64,000 nucleotides of DNA from Perna viridis (lineage: Eukaryota), in assembly GCA_037379345.1 (NCBI GenBank), contig CM074520.1, forward strand, positions 9,238,001 to 9,302,000, in the 5' to 3' direction. The notes below the pieces were generated by a model, which ran no database searches, was not told where the DNA came from, and saw only the letters and a program-made list of their open reading frames with translations. Below, one piece after another: positions 63,624 to 64,000 of the stretch. Every line of letters starts with the position of its first letter. Position 1 is the stretch's first letter. The translations under genes were made by a program, and so were the position numbers.

Positions 63624-64000
63624 GTAAGTGTTTTTTCCGGGATCATTATTTGAATACAATTAAATATAAACGTCTATAAATGACATTTAATACAAAACTA
63701 CGTAGTAAAGCCATGTAAATTTTAAACATTTTCTCTATTGCAAAATCAAGGGATAAAATACCCCCCCCCCCACACACACACACACACACACACACAGCAA
63801 TTAAGTTCAGTACAAATTGATTTCATGATATATGCAATGTACGAGAGTACAGCAACGTAATATTAAATTTGCTTAAATGAGGATAATTTCTGCACATACA
63901 TGTAAGAATAAAACTACTGGTATATTTATGTTTTTTTTTAACATGACATTCCTAAGTATAGACTACGAATATAATCATGGTAATCATGTTTTGAAATGCA

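Overview
AT-rich, intron-containing animal genomic DNA with one 143-N assembly gap (39400-39542). The repeat families and gene content suggest a bivalve mollusc, probably an oyster; this is inference. I rebuilt three spliced genes by hand from GT-AG sites and codon phases. (1) A complete 5-exon minus-strand gene (16346->8217, 935 aa) for a type I membrane protein: signal peptide, one CUB domain, TM helix, and a ~740-aa low-complexity cytoplasmic tail with a PPxY motif. (2) A divergently oriented plus-strand paralog (34414->37007+) with the same exon phases and one CUB domain, but no TM/tail exon found; it is missing from the ORF track. A decayed third CUB exon (26565-26742) lies between the two genes. 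(3) A plus-strand gene (50893->beyond window end) with tandem B-box-like zinc fingers, a coiled coil built from eight frame-symmetric (phase 2-2) exons expanded by tandem duplication, and a putative Mieap-like C-terminal region. The rest is dominated by Penelope-like (Naiad-type) retroelement fragments that share a structured 3' end, TTAA-flanked MITEs, Helentron/HINE-like elements, a tRNA-derived element forming a fold-back, and simple repeats. Most short ORFs in the track are repeat-derived or spurious.
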